IMG/VR virus record: IMGVR_UViG_3300043959_000048
DNA from: a virus
Reading direction: 5' to 3' (one strand)
DNA length: 36,695 nucleotides
Positions 15,142 to 24,504 of this stretch are shown piece after piece. The notes beneath the pieces are model-generated. The model was not told the DNA's origin, did not search any database, and saw only the letters and a list, made by a program, of their open reading frames with translations. Positions within the stretch are counted from its first letter, which is position 1, and every line of letters begins with the position of its first letter. The translations under genes and the position numbers were made by a program.

Positions 15142-15161
15142 AGCCGTCCCGTAGGACGGCT
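15142..15161 (-). other. Hairpin upstream of major tail gene (AGCCGTCC-cgta-GGACGGCT)
   Basis: Perfect 8-bp stem with a 4-nt loop, in the 56-bp gap before the major tail SD. Confidence 0.4.
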
Positions 15162-15174
15162 GATATTGGTTTGG

Positions 15175-15585
15175 TTATTGGATAGTGCCGACGACCGTGT
15201 ATTCCACGGTGAGATACCGGCGCGCGTAATCATGATCGTCAGCGACCGCATAAGGGCCGTTGCAGCCGGATTCCACGACGGCGGCGATAGGCGAGCCAAC
15301 CGGCCGTATGACGTCGTAGCAGGTCAGATGCGCGTAGACGAGCCGTGCCAGATCATTGGCTGGCTTGTCCGCGGTTTTCGACCCGGCGAGCACGCTCACA
15401 CCTAAAGAGCGGTCGAAGCGTTTCATGTCAAGCTGTGTCCCACCATCGTCACGGATGATGATCACCGGCTTCGCCAATGGCGTCGTCAGATCGGATGGCT
15501 CTTTGTTCGTGATCCGCGCGTCGGCGATCTGGCTGCGAAGCCACGTGCACAGCCACAGCTCCATGTCAGGAGGCAAGTAGATCAT
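15175..15585 (-). CDS. Tail terminator / tail completion protein
   Basis: 136 aa, last of four connector genes before the major tail gene. The assignment is positional. Confidence 0.55.
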   Translation of the reverse strand: MIYLPPDMELWLCTWLRSQIADARITNKEPSDLTTPLAKPVIIIRDDGGTQLDMKRFDRSLGVSVLAGSKTADKPANDLARLVYAHLTCYDVIRPVGSPIAAVVESGCNGPYAVADDHDYARRYLTVEYTVVGTIQ

Positions 15586-15872
15586 TTGCCCGCCTTCTTC
15601 AAAGCGCGAGCAAGATTACCGGTCTTCGACTCGATTATCAGCGTCTTCGGATCGGTTCCGACCACCATATACGTGTCACGATGGGAGTGATGCACAACCT
15701 TGAGTTGGATGCCATCGCGATAAGCACCAGTGTCCACCGGCGCTGACGCTTTCGCTTGTGCGAGCACAGATTCAGCCTTCGACTTGCATAACGACTGCAC
15801 GCCAGAGCTCCGAAGGATTGCGGTGAAAAACGAATCGTCGAAATCGACATGCGTCTGTCCCGTTCCAGCCAT
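15582..15872 (-). CDS. Head-tail adaptor, HK97 gp10-like
   Basis: 96 aa. The motif APVDTGAYRDGI resembles the conserved VDTG..R of the HK97 gp10 family. Its start overlaps the upstream stop (TAATG). Confidence 0.6.
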   Translation of the reverse strand: MAGTGQTHVDFDDSFFTAILRSSGVQSLCKSKAESVLAQAKASAPVDTGAYRDGIQLKVVHHSHRDTYMVVGTDPKTLIIESKTGNLARALKKAGK

Positions 15873-16261
15873 TAGCCGATCACCTCCTCGAGCGCCGCCA
15901 CCAGCGTGGGCTGCCAGCCAGTAAACGGGTTCTTGTCATGCGCGGGAAAGCCCTGCACTGTCCACTTGCGACCGTCCGAGCAGACGATCCGGTCGCCGCG
16001 TTTGATGTCGGCAGCAAGATCATCGGTGACGAATTCGGCCGTTGACACGACTTCGCTGCGCGTCGCATCATCGGACTGCTCGGATGACGTGACGGTGTGG
16101 ACATAGCCGTTGATCGGTATGGTGTCTGGATCTGACCAGTCGCCGATCGTCACGTTCTCCGGATCATATGGGTCGACGACTGTTTTCCGTCGTTGACGCG
16201 AATACCCGTCGAGCACGTGGAGGAACGCGTCTCCTGCCTCGAGATCGCTGATCAGGCTCAT
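15872..16261 (-). CDS. Head closure / head-tail joining protein
   Basis: 129 aa, second connector gene after the capsid gene. The assignment is positional. Confidence 0.55.
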   Translation of the reverse strand: MSLISDLEAGDAFLHVLDGYSRQRRKTVVDPYDPENVTIGDWSDPDTIPINGYVHTVTSSEQSDDATRSEVVSTAEFVTDDLAADIKRGDRIVCSDGRKWTVQGFPAHDKNPFTGWQPTLVAALEEVIG

Positions 16262-16770
16262 GGCATGCCTCCCAGCCGGTACGGGGCCAGCCTCGCTATC
16301 TCGTCACGCATGGGCGTGACCACGTCATAGCTTGCCGACGACCCGTTGGTGGACTGGCTGGTGACCATGCCAGCAGGCGTCGACGCGGCACGCCTCGCCA
16401 TGCTCACCAGCACACCCTGCACATCGGGACAGTCATCGTATCCCGCGTTGATGTCGTAGCTGACTGCGCCTACCCCCACAGGCAATACGCCTGAAAGGAT
16501 CTCAACGAGACCGGTTTCGCGATTGTACGCGTAGATGAGCGGCCGCCCATCTCGGTCGGTGAGCGACGTGACCTGCGTGACATGACGGGCGGGCAGGTGC
16601 AGCAACGTGCCGCCACGCGTATTCAACGTTCCCGTCAACCGGACATTGGGCGTTACGTGCCACCCGCAGTATCGGCGGATGGCAGCCTGCGCGGAATGCA
16701 GCCAGAACATGGAGTCGGCTTCGAACGAGCCGGGATTAGGGATGATATCCGGGATTATCGCGTCAGCCAT
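16258..16770 (-). CDS. Head-tail connector (gp6-like)
   Basis: 170 aa, immediately downstream of the major capsid gene. The assignment is positional. Confidence 0.55.
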   Translation of the reverse strand: MADAIIPDIIPNPGSFEADSMFWLHSAQAAIRRYCGWHVTPNVRLTGTLNTRGGTLLHLPARHVTQVTSLTDRDGRPLIYAYNRETGLVEILSGVLPVGVGAVSYDINAGYDDCPDVQGVLVSMARRAASTPAGMVTSQSTNGSSASYDVVTPMRDEIARLAPYRLGGMP

Positions 16771-16791
16771 GACATCACCTCGCTTCTGGGA

Positions 16792-17991
16792 TCAGGCCCC
16801 GACCTTCAGCCCGAGCGCGACCGAAACGAACGCCTGCGGATACTTGACTTGCAGCCCGAGACGCTCCTTGACGCGGAACGTGACCTTATCGTTGGTGAAA
16901 TCGTTCTCGTTCGAATTCGTGGATTCGACGCGCAGCCCGCCTTTGCGGAACACCATGCCGCCAGCCTTGAACGCGCCCACCAGCACGGTGCCTGACGTGA
17001 TGCTCGGAGTGACGACGGTACGCAAACCCCAAAGTGCCGGGTTCTGCAGTACACCGCCCTGACCGTACTGACCGGAGAAGAAACCACCACCGTAGTACTG
17101 CTGGTTTCCATCCTTCGAAAGACGCAGCGCCTCGTAATCAGCGGGATTGATGACGATTGCGTCCGCAGGGAAGCCAGTGGCAGTGTTGATCAACGTGGTC
17201 GCGTGGAAGATCCGATCGGGATCCGCATCCGCGCCCTTGGCAATTGTTTGGATGCCGCGATTGAGGACGCCCTTGAGATCGGCGTTCGCACCAGCGCCAG
17301 ACAGCAGCTGCAATTCCTCCTGCAATTGCAGGTTGTAGGAAGCATGCTGCTGGATTTCGCTGACCACGTATGGGTAGTCCTCGGCCATGTCGTCCGAGAT
17401 CTTCCAGTAGGCGGCGACTTCGGTAAGCGAGTCGACAATCCACGTCGGGTCAGGCAGATGCAACTGCGGCTTCTGCGCGCCTTCCTTGACAGTTTTCGCA
17501 CCGCCTTCCAACGACCCGTACACCGGATATTTGATGCTGTTGCCGCTGATGGATCCAGCGGAGAACAGGCTGGCGACAGTCAGCGCGTATTCAGTTCCCC
17601 ACACGCCCTGCTGATCGATGTCAGTGACATACGGGCCGTAAGCCCCGTCCGGTCCACCAACCACTTGCGTATCCGTCGCAGCCTTGAATTCGGAGGTCTG
17701 GAACGGATGGGTCTTGGTCTCCAGCACCGTCAGACCCTTGGCAGCCAATTCCTGCACGTACAGGTCGCCCAGAGTCTTCGCCTTCATGGGGGCCTTCTTG
17801 GGCTGCTCGCCGAGCTTGTCGAGATCCGAGGTGACGGACTTGAACAGACCGATACGCTCGGACAGCTTCTTCGCCTCTTCGTAATGCGCCTTGAGCTCCT
17901 TCTGCTCTTCTTCGGTGATGTTCTCCATCCCCTTGTCGGTGATGGCCAGAGCCGCCTTCTTCTCGGCGGCGAGTTGCTCCACGATGTTCAT
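16792..17991 (-). CDS. Major capsid protein, HK97 family, with N-terminal delta (scaffold-like) domain
   Basis: Start taken at ATG 17991 (MNIVEQLAAEKK...), just after the protease stop; the longer ORF-track start overlaps the protease. A coiled-coil N-terminal ~90 aa precedes a typical capsid body. Confidence 0.85.
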   Translation of the reverse strand: MNIVEQLAAEKKAALAITDKGMENITEEEQKELKAHYEEAKKLSERIGLFKSVTSDLDKLGEQPKKAPMKAKTLGDLYVQELAAKGLTVLETKTHPFQTSEFKAATDTQVVGGPDGAYGPYVTDIDQQGVWGTEYALTVASLFSAGSISGNSIKYPVYGSLEGGAKTVKEGAQKPQLHLPDPTWIVDSLTEVAAYWKISDDMAEDYPYVVSEIQQHASYNLQLQEELQLLSGAGANADLKGVLNRGIQTIAKGADADPDRIFHATTLINTATGFPADAIVINPADYEALRLSKDGNQQYYGGGFFSGQYGQGGVLQNPALWGLRTVVTPSITSGTVLVGAFKAGGMVFRKGGLRVESTNSNENDFTNDKVTFRVKERLGLQVKYPQAFVSVALGLKVGA

Positions 17992-18007
17992 GGATACCTG
18001 CTTTCTG

Positions 18008-18754
18008 CTAGTTTGCCAGCGAGAGGAAGTCGCTGATTTGTTTGAATTCCTCGGCCCACTTCGGGTCAAGATCTTTATGTTCGGATTCGGCGGATTTCTT
18101 CGCGTCATCCTCGGAGGCTTTGCCGTCCTCTCTGGAATCGTCCGATTCTAGGTCGTCCGGCGTTTCGGTGATGGAGTCGAGAAGCTCCGACAGAGCGTCA
18201 TGTGCTTTGCGGATCTTCGACTCGTTGGACGCGCTGATCGCGCGGCCGGCCTTCACCTCAAGCACTTCCGCCCCCTGGTTGGCGGCGATCTGCACGAGTG
18301 AGATTTCGAAAAGCTTTATCTGCCGGAGCTCCCGGTAGCCGTCCCACGGGTCGTCGGATCCCTCGGTTTGCACGAATGCGGTCTGCGTAGCGATGTAGCC
18401 GATGCTCATCTGGTGAATGAGACCACGTTGCAGCAGTTCATACGCGCGTTTGCCTTCTGGGATATCGAGATCGAGGCGCGCGGTGATGAGCAGTCCGTGA
18501 TCATCCTCGACGGCGCTTAGCGTCTGGCCGATGATCATGTTGGGGGTGTCGTCGGAGTGCTGCCAATGGATCGGGATGCCAGAACCATCTCCATGGAAAT
18601 CGTCCTTCAACGTGCCGGAGAACGCGCCTTTGACGATCTGGTCGTTGTACAGATCGCGATCCCATGTCGATGCGTAGCCGCTGAACACGCCTGTGCCCTC
18701 ACCGGGAAGCGCTTTGACTTCCTTGACCTGCACATTGAGATGGTCAAATTTCAT
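18008..18754 (-). CDS. Prohead maturation protease (HK97 / S78 family)
   Basis: 248 aa between portal and capsid. The motifs FSGYASTWDRDLYNDQIVKGAF and LFEISLV are typical of this family. Confidence 0.85.
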   Translation of the reverse strand: MKFDHLNVQVKEVKALPGEGTGVFSGYASTWDRDLYNDQIVKGAFSGTLKDDFHGDGSGIPIHWQHSDDTPNMIIGQTLSAVEDDHGLLITARLDLDIPEGKRAYELLQRGLIHQMSIGYIATQTAFVQTEGSDDPWDGYRELRQIKLFEISLVQIAANQGAEVLEVKAGRAISASNESKIRKAHDALSELLDSITETPDDLESDDSREDGKASEDDAKKSAESEHKDLDPKWAEEFKQISDFLSLAN

Positions 18755-20171
18755 CGGATTGTCCTTTCATGCCGTCCCACTCGCGTTGGAAGCCGGCATC
18801 ATATTGGTGCAGGCGTTTGAATTCGTTGAACATGGCGAGCGCCTGCGCGGTTTTCCCGTTGGGACTGTCCGCCTGTTGCGCGTTCTGTGTCTGGCCGCCG
18901 TCCTGCGGGCTGGGCTGGCCGCCTTCGGACACGTTCAGCGGTGTTATGAGCTCGTCGCCACCCTTGACGGGTGGCATGTCGAGCAGGCGCCTCGCGTAGT
19001 TGGTGCTCATGAACGGGCGTCCGGTCGCGGTTGACAATGCCTGGTATTGGGTTTCCATCGTGCCGCGCAGCTTGCTATCGAGGTTCGCCTTCACATAGCA
19101 GTCGGGTTCGCCCACCGCAGAGGGGATCGTGAGGTTCAGCGCCTCCTCCAATGCGGTGATATAGGGAAGCAATTCGACGTTCCACAGTTTTTCCTTGTAT
19201 GCGGCGATGTTCGAATTGGTTCCTGTACGGAAGCCGATGTTCTCGGGCGATATCTGGAACGCGGTGGCGACGGCGATGTTGATGTCGTTGCGCGCCTCGA
19301 GATCGTTCATGTCGACGGGCTTGAAGATGTTCTCGACAGCGCGGATCTCCATGCCGTCCTTCAGCGTCGGCATGCCGCCTGCCATTCCGCCGGATGCGGC
19401 GTAGTTGCGCATGCCCTGGGAGAATTCGTCATAGTCCTCCTGCGACGCCCAGGGCACCTCCTTCGGACGGAACACATAGGCCGGTATCTGGCCGCCATTC
19501 TTCGCGATGTTCTCGCGGTATTTCATCAGCGCACGTGTTTCTGCGAGCAGCGGAAGCAGCACATCAGTGAGTTTCGCGCCAAACTGCAGCGAGCTGACAT
19601 ATCCGATGTCGAGCACGACGCGGGGATCGGGCAGTGAGTAAGTCTTGTCCGGGATGATCGCATGACCGTCGATGCGGACCGACTGGATCTCCCCGAAAGA
19701 GTTGGCCGTCAGATGGTACATGTCTACCGGCATGCGGCGCAGATTGTAAGTGCCTTTGGAATCCATGCCGAGCAGGCACAGCCACTTGTCCTCGAGGAGC
19801 ATGTCCTCCAGGAGCGTCTGTACGAACCGGTATCGGCTCACTCCCGGCATGCGGCTGGGACGTTTCATCAGCTCGTAGAATGGCCCGTTCGTCACTTCGA
19901 TGGGGTCGCCGTTACTGTCTTTCCGATAGACCTTGAGCGGCAGGCTCGCAATGTTGCGGACGATGAAATCGACGACGGTGCGCACGGCGTACTCACGGCA
20001 GTACATGCCGTTCAGATCGTATTCGAATTGCGTGTCTGTCGGCCATGGGTCGCCGTTGCTCACGCTGGTCGCCGGAGTCACTGGTAAAGAAACGCCCATA
20101 TTGGTCGGATCCGCGTAGGAGCGAAAACTGGCGAGAGCAGGCCCGTGCAGGAGGCGGTCGAACAATCCCAT
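18744..20171 (-). CDS. Portal protein
   Basis: 475 aa. SD GAAGGAGG. Located directly after the large terminase. Confidence 0.85.
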   Translation of the reverse strand: MGLFDRLLHGPALASFRSYADPTNMGVSLPVTPATSVSNGDPWPTDTQFEYDLNGMYCREYAVRTVVDFIVRNIASLPLKVYRKDSNGDPIEVTNGPFYELMKRPSRMPGVSRYRFVQTLLEDMLLEDKWLCLLGMDSKGTYNLRRMPVDMYHLTANSFGEIQSVRIDGHAIIPDKTYSLPDPRVVLDIGYVSSLQFGAKLTDVLLPLLAETRALMKYRENIAKNGGQIPAYVFRPKEVPWASQEDYDEFSQGMRNYAASGGMAGGMPTLKDGMEIRAVENIFKPVDMNDLEARNDINIAVATAFQISPENIGFRTGTNSNIAAYKEKLWNVELLPYITALEEALNLTIPSAVGEPDCYVKANLDSKLRGTMETQYQALSTATGRPFMSTNYARRLLDMPPVKGGDELITPLNVSEGGQPSPQDGGQTQNAQQADSPNGKTAQALAMFNEFKRLHQYDAGFQREWDGMKGQSDEI

Positions 20172-20190
20172 GGCAAGCCTCCTTCAAGGT

Positions 20191-21801
20191 TTATGCGAAT
20201 CTGACTTTGACGCCCACACTGGGCTGGTATTTCGGTTTCTCGGGAGCGCCATCGGACGTCTCGAGCGCATACAGCGCTTCTGACTGTGCGATAAGACCAC
20301 TGGTCTGCATCGCGCTGTTGGCACGATTCCACACCTCGACCTCGCCCAAACGTTTCGTGACCGCGACCGACACCTGTTGTTCGATCGCCGGCTGAGGCAA
20401 ATGACGAAGTTTGTTCTCACGCACGCGATCCTTGAAACGACCGCAGGCAGCACCGAGTTTGAATCCCTCGATCATGTGCACTGTCCAACCTGCTTCGGTC
20501 AGTGGGTCGATGAAATCGACAGCCGGACAGCCTTTCGACTGGATCGCGACCTCATGAATGCTGGGCCACCGCTCACGCAGCAATTTCAAGTATTTCGTTA
20601 CCCACAGCATGCCGTCACGCCGCGCGATCGTCTCCACGTGGGGAAGACCATCGGAGCGAAGCCCGGCGGCGGAAATGTATGTCGTCGATCGGTCGCTAGA
20701 CGTATCGATCCCGAGCACGACACGATTGCCGTCTGGTATCGCGGAATACGCGTCGATGCCGCGCTTCCACATCTTCGGATCCAGATACGGTTTGATGTCG
20801 GCGGTGACCCATTGGCACAGCACTTCAGTGCGATACGACGCTTCGGTCATGCCGTTGATATCGGCTTTGAGAGTCTGATAGGTCATAGGGCCATAGCCCA
20901 TGGACGGATTCGCCTGACGCAAACCGTCCAGGTCATCCAGCTCGCAACCGTCAACCGCCGACCATTCGAAATAGCCGAACGACGCATCCTCTCCGTTCGC
21001 CCACTCCTCGGCCGAACGGATCCCGGTCTCCACGTACTCGTTCCATGAGGCGACCAGTGATCGCCCCGTGTCCTTGAGCTTGGCGAGCACTATGCTGCGA
21101 TAGTCGCCGGCGTTCGAGATTCCCCATAGTTGGGAGCTCCACACGGCCTTGGTGATCTGGCTTACCGCATTCCAACCGTCATGGTTGTGCTGTTCTCGCA
21201 ATTCGTCGAACATGGCGCGCGCGGCGCTCTTGGAACGGATGTTGTTCGCGGCGCGGACGATGTACTTGGCTTTCGACCTGCATACAATCGCCTCCTCGCC
21301 GTTCGTATTCCTGATGTTCTGCACCATGGATTGCAACGCGTCGATCGCCAGCGCCGATTCCTCATCCGTCTCCGGATTAGGATTGCACCAGGATTTCACC
21401 GTGTCATAGGGGCCGCGCGCATTATCCAACGTCTGCGCGGCCCCCACGACCATGAATTTGATTGGCGGCACCATATCGGGATGGCGCTGCGAGTCGACGA
21501 AAAGCCACCAGGCGGCCAGCACGCCCATCGTCGTCGTCTTCCCATTCTGCCTGGCGACCAATACGATAACACGACGGAAACGGTAGGAGCCATCGTCGAG
21601 CAATTCCAACGCGTGAATTAGTAGCCAGCACTGCCACGGATACAGGTGCACGTGCAGCACCATCTCCGCGAATGCGATGACCGCATACCCGTTGCTCGTC
21701 GTCTTATCCAACGGTCGTAGCGGTGGGGTGAATACGCGCGGAGTCGTGACACCATGCTGCTGATCGCATATCTCGCCGTCGATGACGCAATCCTCAGCCA
21801 T
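20191..21801 (-). CDS. terL: Terminase large subunit
   Basis: 536 aa. P-loop-like VLVARQNGKTTTMG. Positioned upstream of the portal gene. Confidence 0.88.
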   Translation of the reverse strand: MAEDCVIDGEICDQQHGVTTPRVFTPPLRPLDKTTSNGYAVIAFAEMVLHVHLYPWQCWLLIHALELLDDGSYRFRRVIVLVARQNGKTTTMGVLAAWWLFVDSQRHPDMVPPIKFMVVGAAQTLDNARGPYDTVKSWCNPNPETDEESALAIDALQSMVQNIRNTNGEEAIVCRSKAKYIVRAANNIRSKSAARAMFDELREQHNHDGWNAVSQITKAVWSSQLWGISNAGDYRSIVLAKLKDTGRSLVASWNEYVETGIRSAEEWANGEDASFGYFEWSAVDGCELDDLDGLRQANPSMGYGPMTYQTLKADINGMTEASYRTEVLCQWVTADIKPYLDPKMWKRGIDAYSAIPDGNRVVLGIDTSSDRSTTYISAAGLRSDGLPHVETIARRDGMLWVTKYLKLLRERWPSIHEVAIQSKGCPAVDFIDPLTEAGWTVHMIEGFKLGAACGRFKDRVRENKLRHLPQPAIEQQVSVAVTKRLGEVEVWNRANSAMQTSGLIAQSEALYALETSDGAPEKPKYQPSVGVKVRFA

Positions 21802-21809
21802 GACTCACC

Positions 21810-22106
21810 TCACCCGAACCGCGACAAATACTCCTGCATGTCATTGCGCACATTCTCCTGCGCAGGCTTCGCGTCAACGGCAGCGACCGGCTTCGACGGG
21901 TCAAAGCCCAGCGTCGAGCATGTCGAATTGAATGTGCGCCAATCGTTATATCCAACATGTCCCTTGAGCGAGTCGATCATGTCTGCCTGATATCGGGCGG
22001 AACACAATTCTGCGGCCTGACGCTCAAGATCGATCTCCCCAACGTCCTTCAACGCCTTGATCGAGCGTTCCAACGCGGTACGCAAACGCCCAAAACGAGT
22101 AGCCAT
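21810..22106 (-). CDS. terS: Terminase small subunit (positional)
   Basis: Start taken at ATG 22106, with SD AAGGGAG and a 7-nt spacer; the ORF-track start 22142 is a GTG without an SD. It lies immediately upstream of terL. Confidence 0.55.
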   Translation of the reverse strand: MATRFGRLRTALERSIKALKDVGEIDLERQAAELCSARYQADMIDSLKGHVGYNDWRTFNSTCSTLGFDPSKPVAAVDAKPAQENVRNDMQEYLSRFG

Positions 22107-22261
22107 AGCGTAACTCCCTTCAATCAGCACTGCATCAATCACCGAAACGCCGTAAATCCAACGGAAACAGGGAGCTGTGATGCCAGTGACAGGAAATTAT
22201 CAGGGAATCGTCGGGGAGAGGACGCCCCACCACGCGGGTAGTGGGCCATGTTCGGACGGTT

Positions 22262-22492
22262 TCAGGATTCTACCGCCCCTACCCGGTCGTGCATTACCCA
22301 TGTGCTGTCGAAAAATCGTTCTCCGTTCGCGGGTTCACGTTCGTCGCCGATGATGATGGGGACGTGGACGATGTCGCCATGTGCCTCGGGCTTGCCGTAG
22401 GTGATGGGAATGCTGATGGTTTCCTCGCCGATACGGTTGCCATCATCGTCGGTGATGGTGATGTGTTTGGTGATCTCGCTTGGTGGCTTCAT
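22262..22492 (-). CDS. Hypothetical protein (76 aa)
   Basis: SD AGGAGA. Located between HNH and terS. Confidence 0.55.
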   Translation of the reverse strand: MKPPSEITKHITITDDDGNRIGEETISIPITYGKPEAHGDIVHVPIIIGDEREPANGERFFDSTWVMHDRVGAVES

Positions 22493-22501
22493 GCTGGTCT
22501 C

Positions 22502-22810
22502 CTATGCGGCTTGGATCCATTGGCGGCTCAACGTGCCGAGTGGCTTGGCTGGGTCGCGGTTGCCGCGCAGGTTGTTGCAGCTGGTGTGCGATGGGCGGAA
22601 GCCCGCGGGATCCTCCTGCAGGTCGGGACTCTTGGACACGGGGAAGTAGTGGTCGAGGTTGTAGCTGTCGTCCGTGGTGTTCTGCGCGGCCTCGTAGTCG
22701 ATGGGCATGCCGCACAGCCAGCACACGTCGTGGCGAGCCCGGCACTGGGCGAAGAATGCTTTGCGTTCCGCTTCGAACCGGCGTGTGTGGGTGCGGACCC
22801 TGTGTGCCAT
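22502..22810 (-). CDS. HNH endonuclease (terminase-associated)
   Basis: Start at ATG 22810, with SD AGGAGG and a 6-nt spacer. Motifs: CWLCG...NLDHYFPVS...SHTSCNNLRGN. Confidence 0.85.
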   Translation of the reverse strand: MAHRVRTHTRRFEAERKAFFAQCRARHDVCWLCGMPIDYEAAQNTTDDSYNLDHYFPVSKSPDLQEDPAGFRPSHTSCNNLRGNRDPAKPLGTLSRQWIQAA

Positions 22811-22846
22811 GCGCTCGCCTCCTAGCCTTGCTTCTTGGGTACGGTG

Positions 22847-22876
22847 AAGCCCGGGTCGCTTATGCGGCTCGGGCTT
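22847..22876 (-). terminator. Hairpin at the early/late boundary (13-bp stem, 2 mismatches, loop TTAT)
   Basis: AAGCCCGGGTCGC (22847-22859) pairs with GCGGCTCGGGCTT (22864-22876). It sits in the 91-nt gap before the HNH gene and has no U-tract. Confidence 0.35.
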
Positions 22877-22901
22877 TAACGCGGTACAGGAAAGAGAATC
22901 A

Positions 22902-23759
22902 TCAGGAGCAGTTTGGTTTTTCATCCACTTCTCCAACTGCAATAGTCGGAGACACTAGCGTTTTTTGCAAATCGGACACGCTGGGAAATGTTGAATTATT
23001 CGGCGCGAGAGTCAGCCGGTACACATCGGAGTACAGGTATCGGCGCTTTCCGCCTTTCCCATCTGCCGGTTCGATGCTTCCACGGTCTGCCCATTTGGTG
23101 ATTCGCTTACGGGTCAGGTGGATGCCAGAGTCGGTGAATGCTTTGGCAATCTGGCTTGCGGTACCGGTCTTGGTCTGGTCGAAGCAGAGGGTGGATAGCC
23201 GGTGGAGTTTGACGGTGAGGACGCGTTGCTCTCTGCCACATGTGGAGCATGTGACCCATTGGTCTTGCATGCCAGCAGTCAATGGCGTGGCGCATAGTTC
23301 GCAGACGCCGATCTCTCGGCGCTGCTCCGGTGGATCCAGTACCCGGTCGATTTGTGTCGCGAGGCGGGTAAGCGTGTCGAGGTACATGCTGGAGTCGGCG
23401 AGATGGGGGAGCCAGGTGTGTTCGGCGCAATGCTGCAGCATGTCACGCAATGAGAGCTTGGAAGGATATCGTGGTTCGAGCGCGTCGACACCGTCCAATC
23501 GTCGTAGCAGCTCGGCGGCTGTGCTGTCGAGGATGTCGATGAGATCGAGCACGTCGAGCCGGATCGGCGTTTGTGGCGTGGCGAGGATGATGCGAGTGGG
23601 GGAATGTCCGCCGGGGTGCAAGGTCGCGTCGAGGCTGTCGTGCAATGGCGCGACATCGTTGCTTAATCGCAGGAGCAGGAGCCCGAAGCGCAGCTCGCAT
23701 TCGGGGCATAGCGTGCAATCGTCACCTGTCTGGCTTCCGCAGTGAGTGCAATAGGTCAC
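22902..23759 (-). CDS. Zn-ribbon / HTH DNA-binding protein (candidate late-gene regulator)
   Basis: Start taken at GTG 23759 (GTGA overlap with the upstream stop). It has two CxxC...CxxC clusters (CTHCGS...CPEC; CELC...CSTCG). A C-terminal HTH-like TGTASQIAKAFTDSGIHLTRKRITKWADRG is also present. Confidence 0.6.
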   Translation of the reverse strand: MTYCTHCGSQTGDDCTLCPECELRFGLLLLRLSNDVAPLHDSLDATLHPGGHSPTRIILATPQTPIRLDVLDLIDILDSTAAELLRRLDGVDALEPRYPSKLSLRDMLQHCAEHTWLPHLADSSMYLDTLTRLATQIDRVLDPPEQRREIGVCELCATPLTAGMQDQWVTCSTCGREQRVLTVKLHRLSTLCFDQTKTGTASQIAKAFTDSGIHLTRKRITKWADRGSIEPADGKGGKRRYLYSDVYRLTLAPNNSTFPSVSDLQKTLVSPTIAVGEVDEKPNCS

Positions 23760-24025
23760 TGGTCTGGTTCCTTCCGTTTGCGTTTTCCTTGTCCTTTGTG
23801 CGACCGGTAGTATTCCTGCTGGTAGATTCGATGCTTTTGAATGTCTGTCATGTCTTTCGGCCAATAGTGGTAACGCCGTTTCCGCTGTTGCTCATGACCG
23901 GATGGGGGAGTGTCGTCTGACGGCTGCTGGGACGTGCTCTGCGAAATACCTGACCTACAGGCGTTGATATACGTCTGCACCCATGGTTCAGACAGATCGA
24001 CGTGGACGCTCTCATCCGATGTCAT
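23756..24025 (-). CDS. Hypothetical basic protein (89 aa)
   Basis: ATGA overlap with the upstream gene. The C-terminus is Lys/Arg-rich. Confidence 0.5.
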   Translation of the reverse strand: MTSDESVHVDLSEPWVQTYINACRSGISQSTSQQPSDDTPPSGHEQQRKRRYHYWPKDMTDIQKHRIYQQEYYRSHKGQGKRKRKEPDQ

Positions 24026-24504
24026 AGCAGCATCAGCTCCTTCTCGACGGTTTTCGCCGCCCATGGATCTGTAGAGTCAGGCAACGGGGTGACGTTCGGC
24101 CAGATCATTTCGTCGGCATGATCGACATGCTTGGGGAAAGTGAGTGGTCGGCTGCTGATGACGCCCAGCGTGCAATCGTGCAATGCGAGGTATTCGCCCT
24201 GGGGGGCGATGCCTGCTGCGCCGAATGTGGATAGCAGGCTGATCTGATCCAATCCAGGTATGCGGCGAATGCGGACGAGTGGCTTGCCGAGGATGATGGC
24301 GATGGTGAGATCATCGCCTGCAATGATTCCCGCATCGTATGATTCCCACACGTTTTCTCGGCATTGGATCGTCCAACGTTTGCACCCATCGCATTTGCGG
24401 GCGACGAGCTTGCTGAGGTTGCCGTGCTTAGTGATACGGGCGAGCCATGACGGCTTGCGCCGGTATTCGCGCTGGTATTCGGCATATTTGCGTTGGTCTC
24501 TCAA
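24022..24504 (-). CDS. Hypothetical protein (160 aa)
   Basis: TTG start overlapping the upstream stop (TTGA). No clear family. Confidence 0.5.
   Translation of the reverse strand: MRDQRKYAEYQREYRRKPSWLARITKHGNLSKLVARKCDGCKRWTIQCRENVWESYDAGIIAGDDLTIAIILGKPLVRIRRIPGLDQISLLSTFGAAGIAPQGEYLALHDCTLGVISSRPLTFPKHVDHADEMIWPNVTPLPDSTDPWAAKTVEKELMLL

Noticed and set aside
17992-18108. N-terminal extension of the capsid ORF in the ORF track (start 18108). The same issue applies to the TTG start at 34057 for the repressor.
   Set aside because: The capsid extension overlaps the protease gene by about 100 nt and has no SD. The ATG at 17991, just after the protease stop, gives a typical delta-domain start. 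The repressor TTG start at 34057 lies inside its own promoter elements, so ATG 34108 is preferred.
22480-23745. 421-aa plus-strand ORF. Similar long antisense ORFs are 29216-30310, 17203-18036, 11321-12028, 20377-21048 and 19047-19637.
   Set aside because: All lie antisense to well-supported minus-strand genes. Their translations are Arg/Ser/Cys/Pro-rich low-complexity sequence with no SD or motifs. These are typical high-GC shadow frames.
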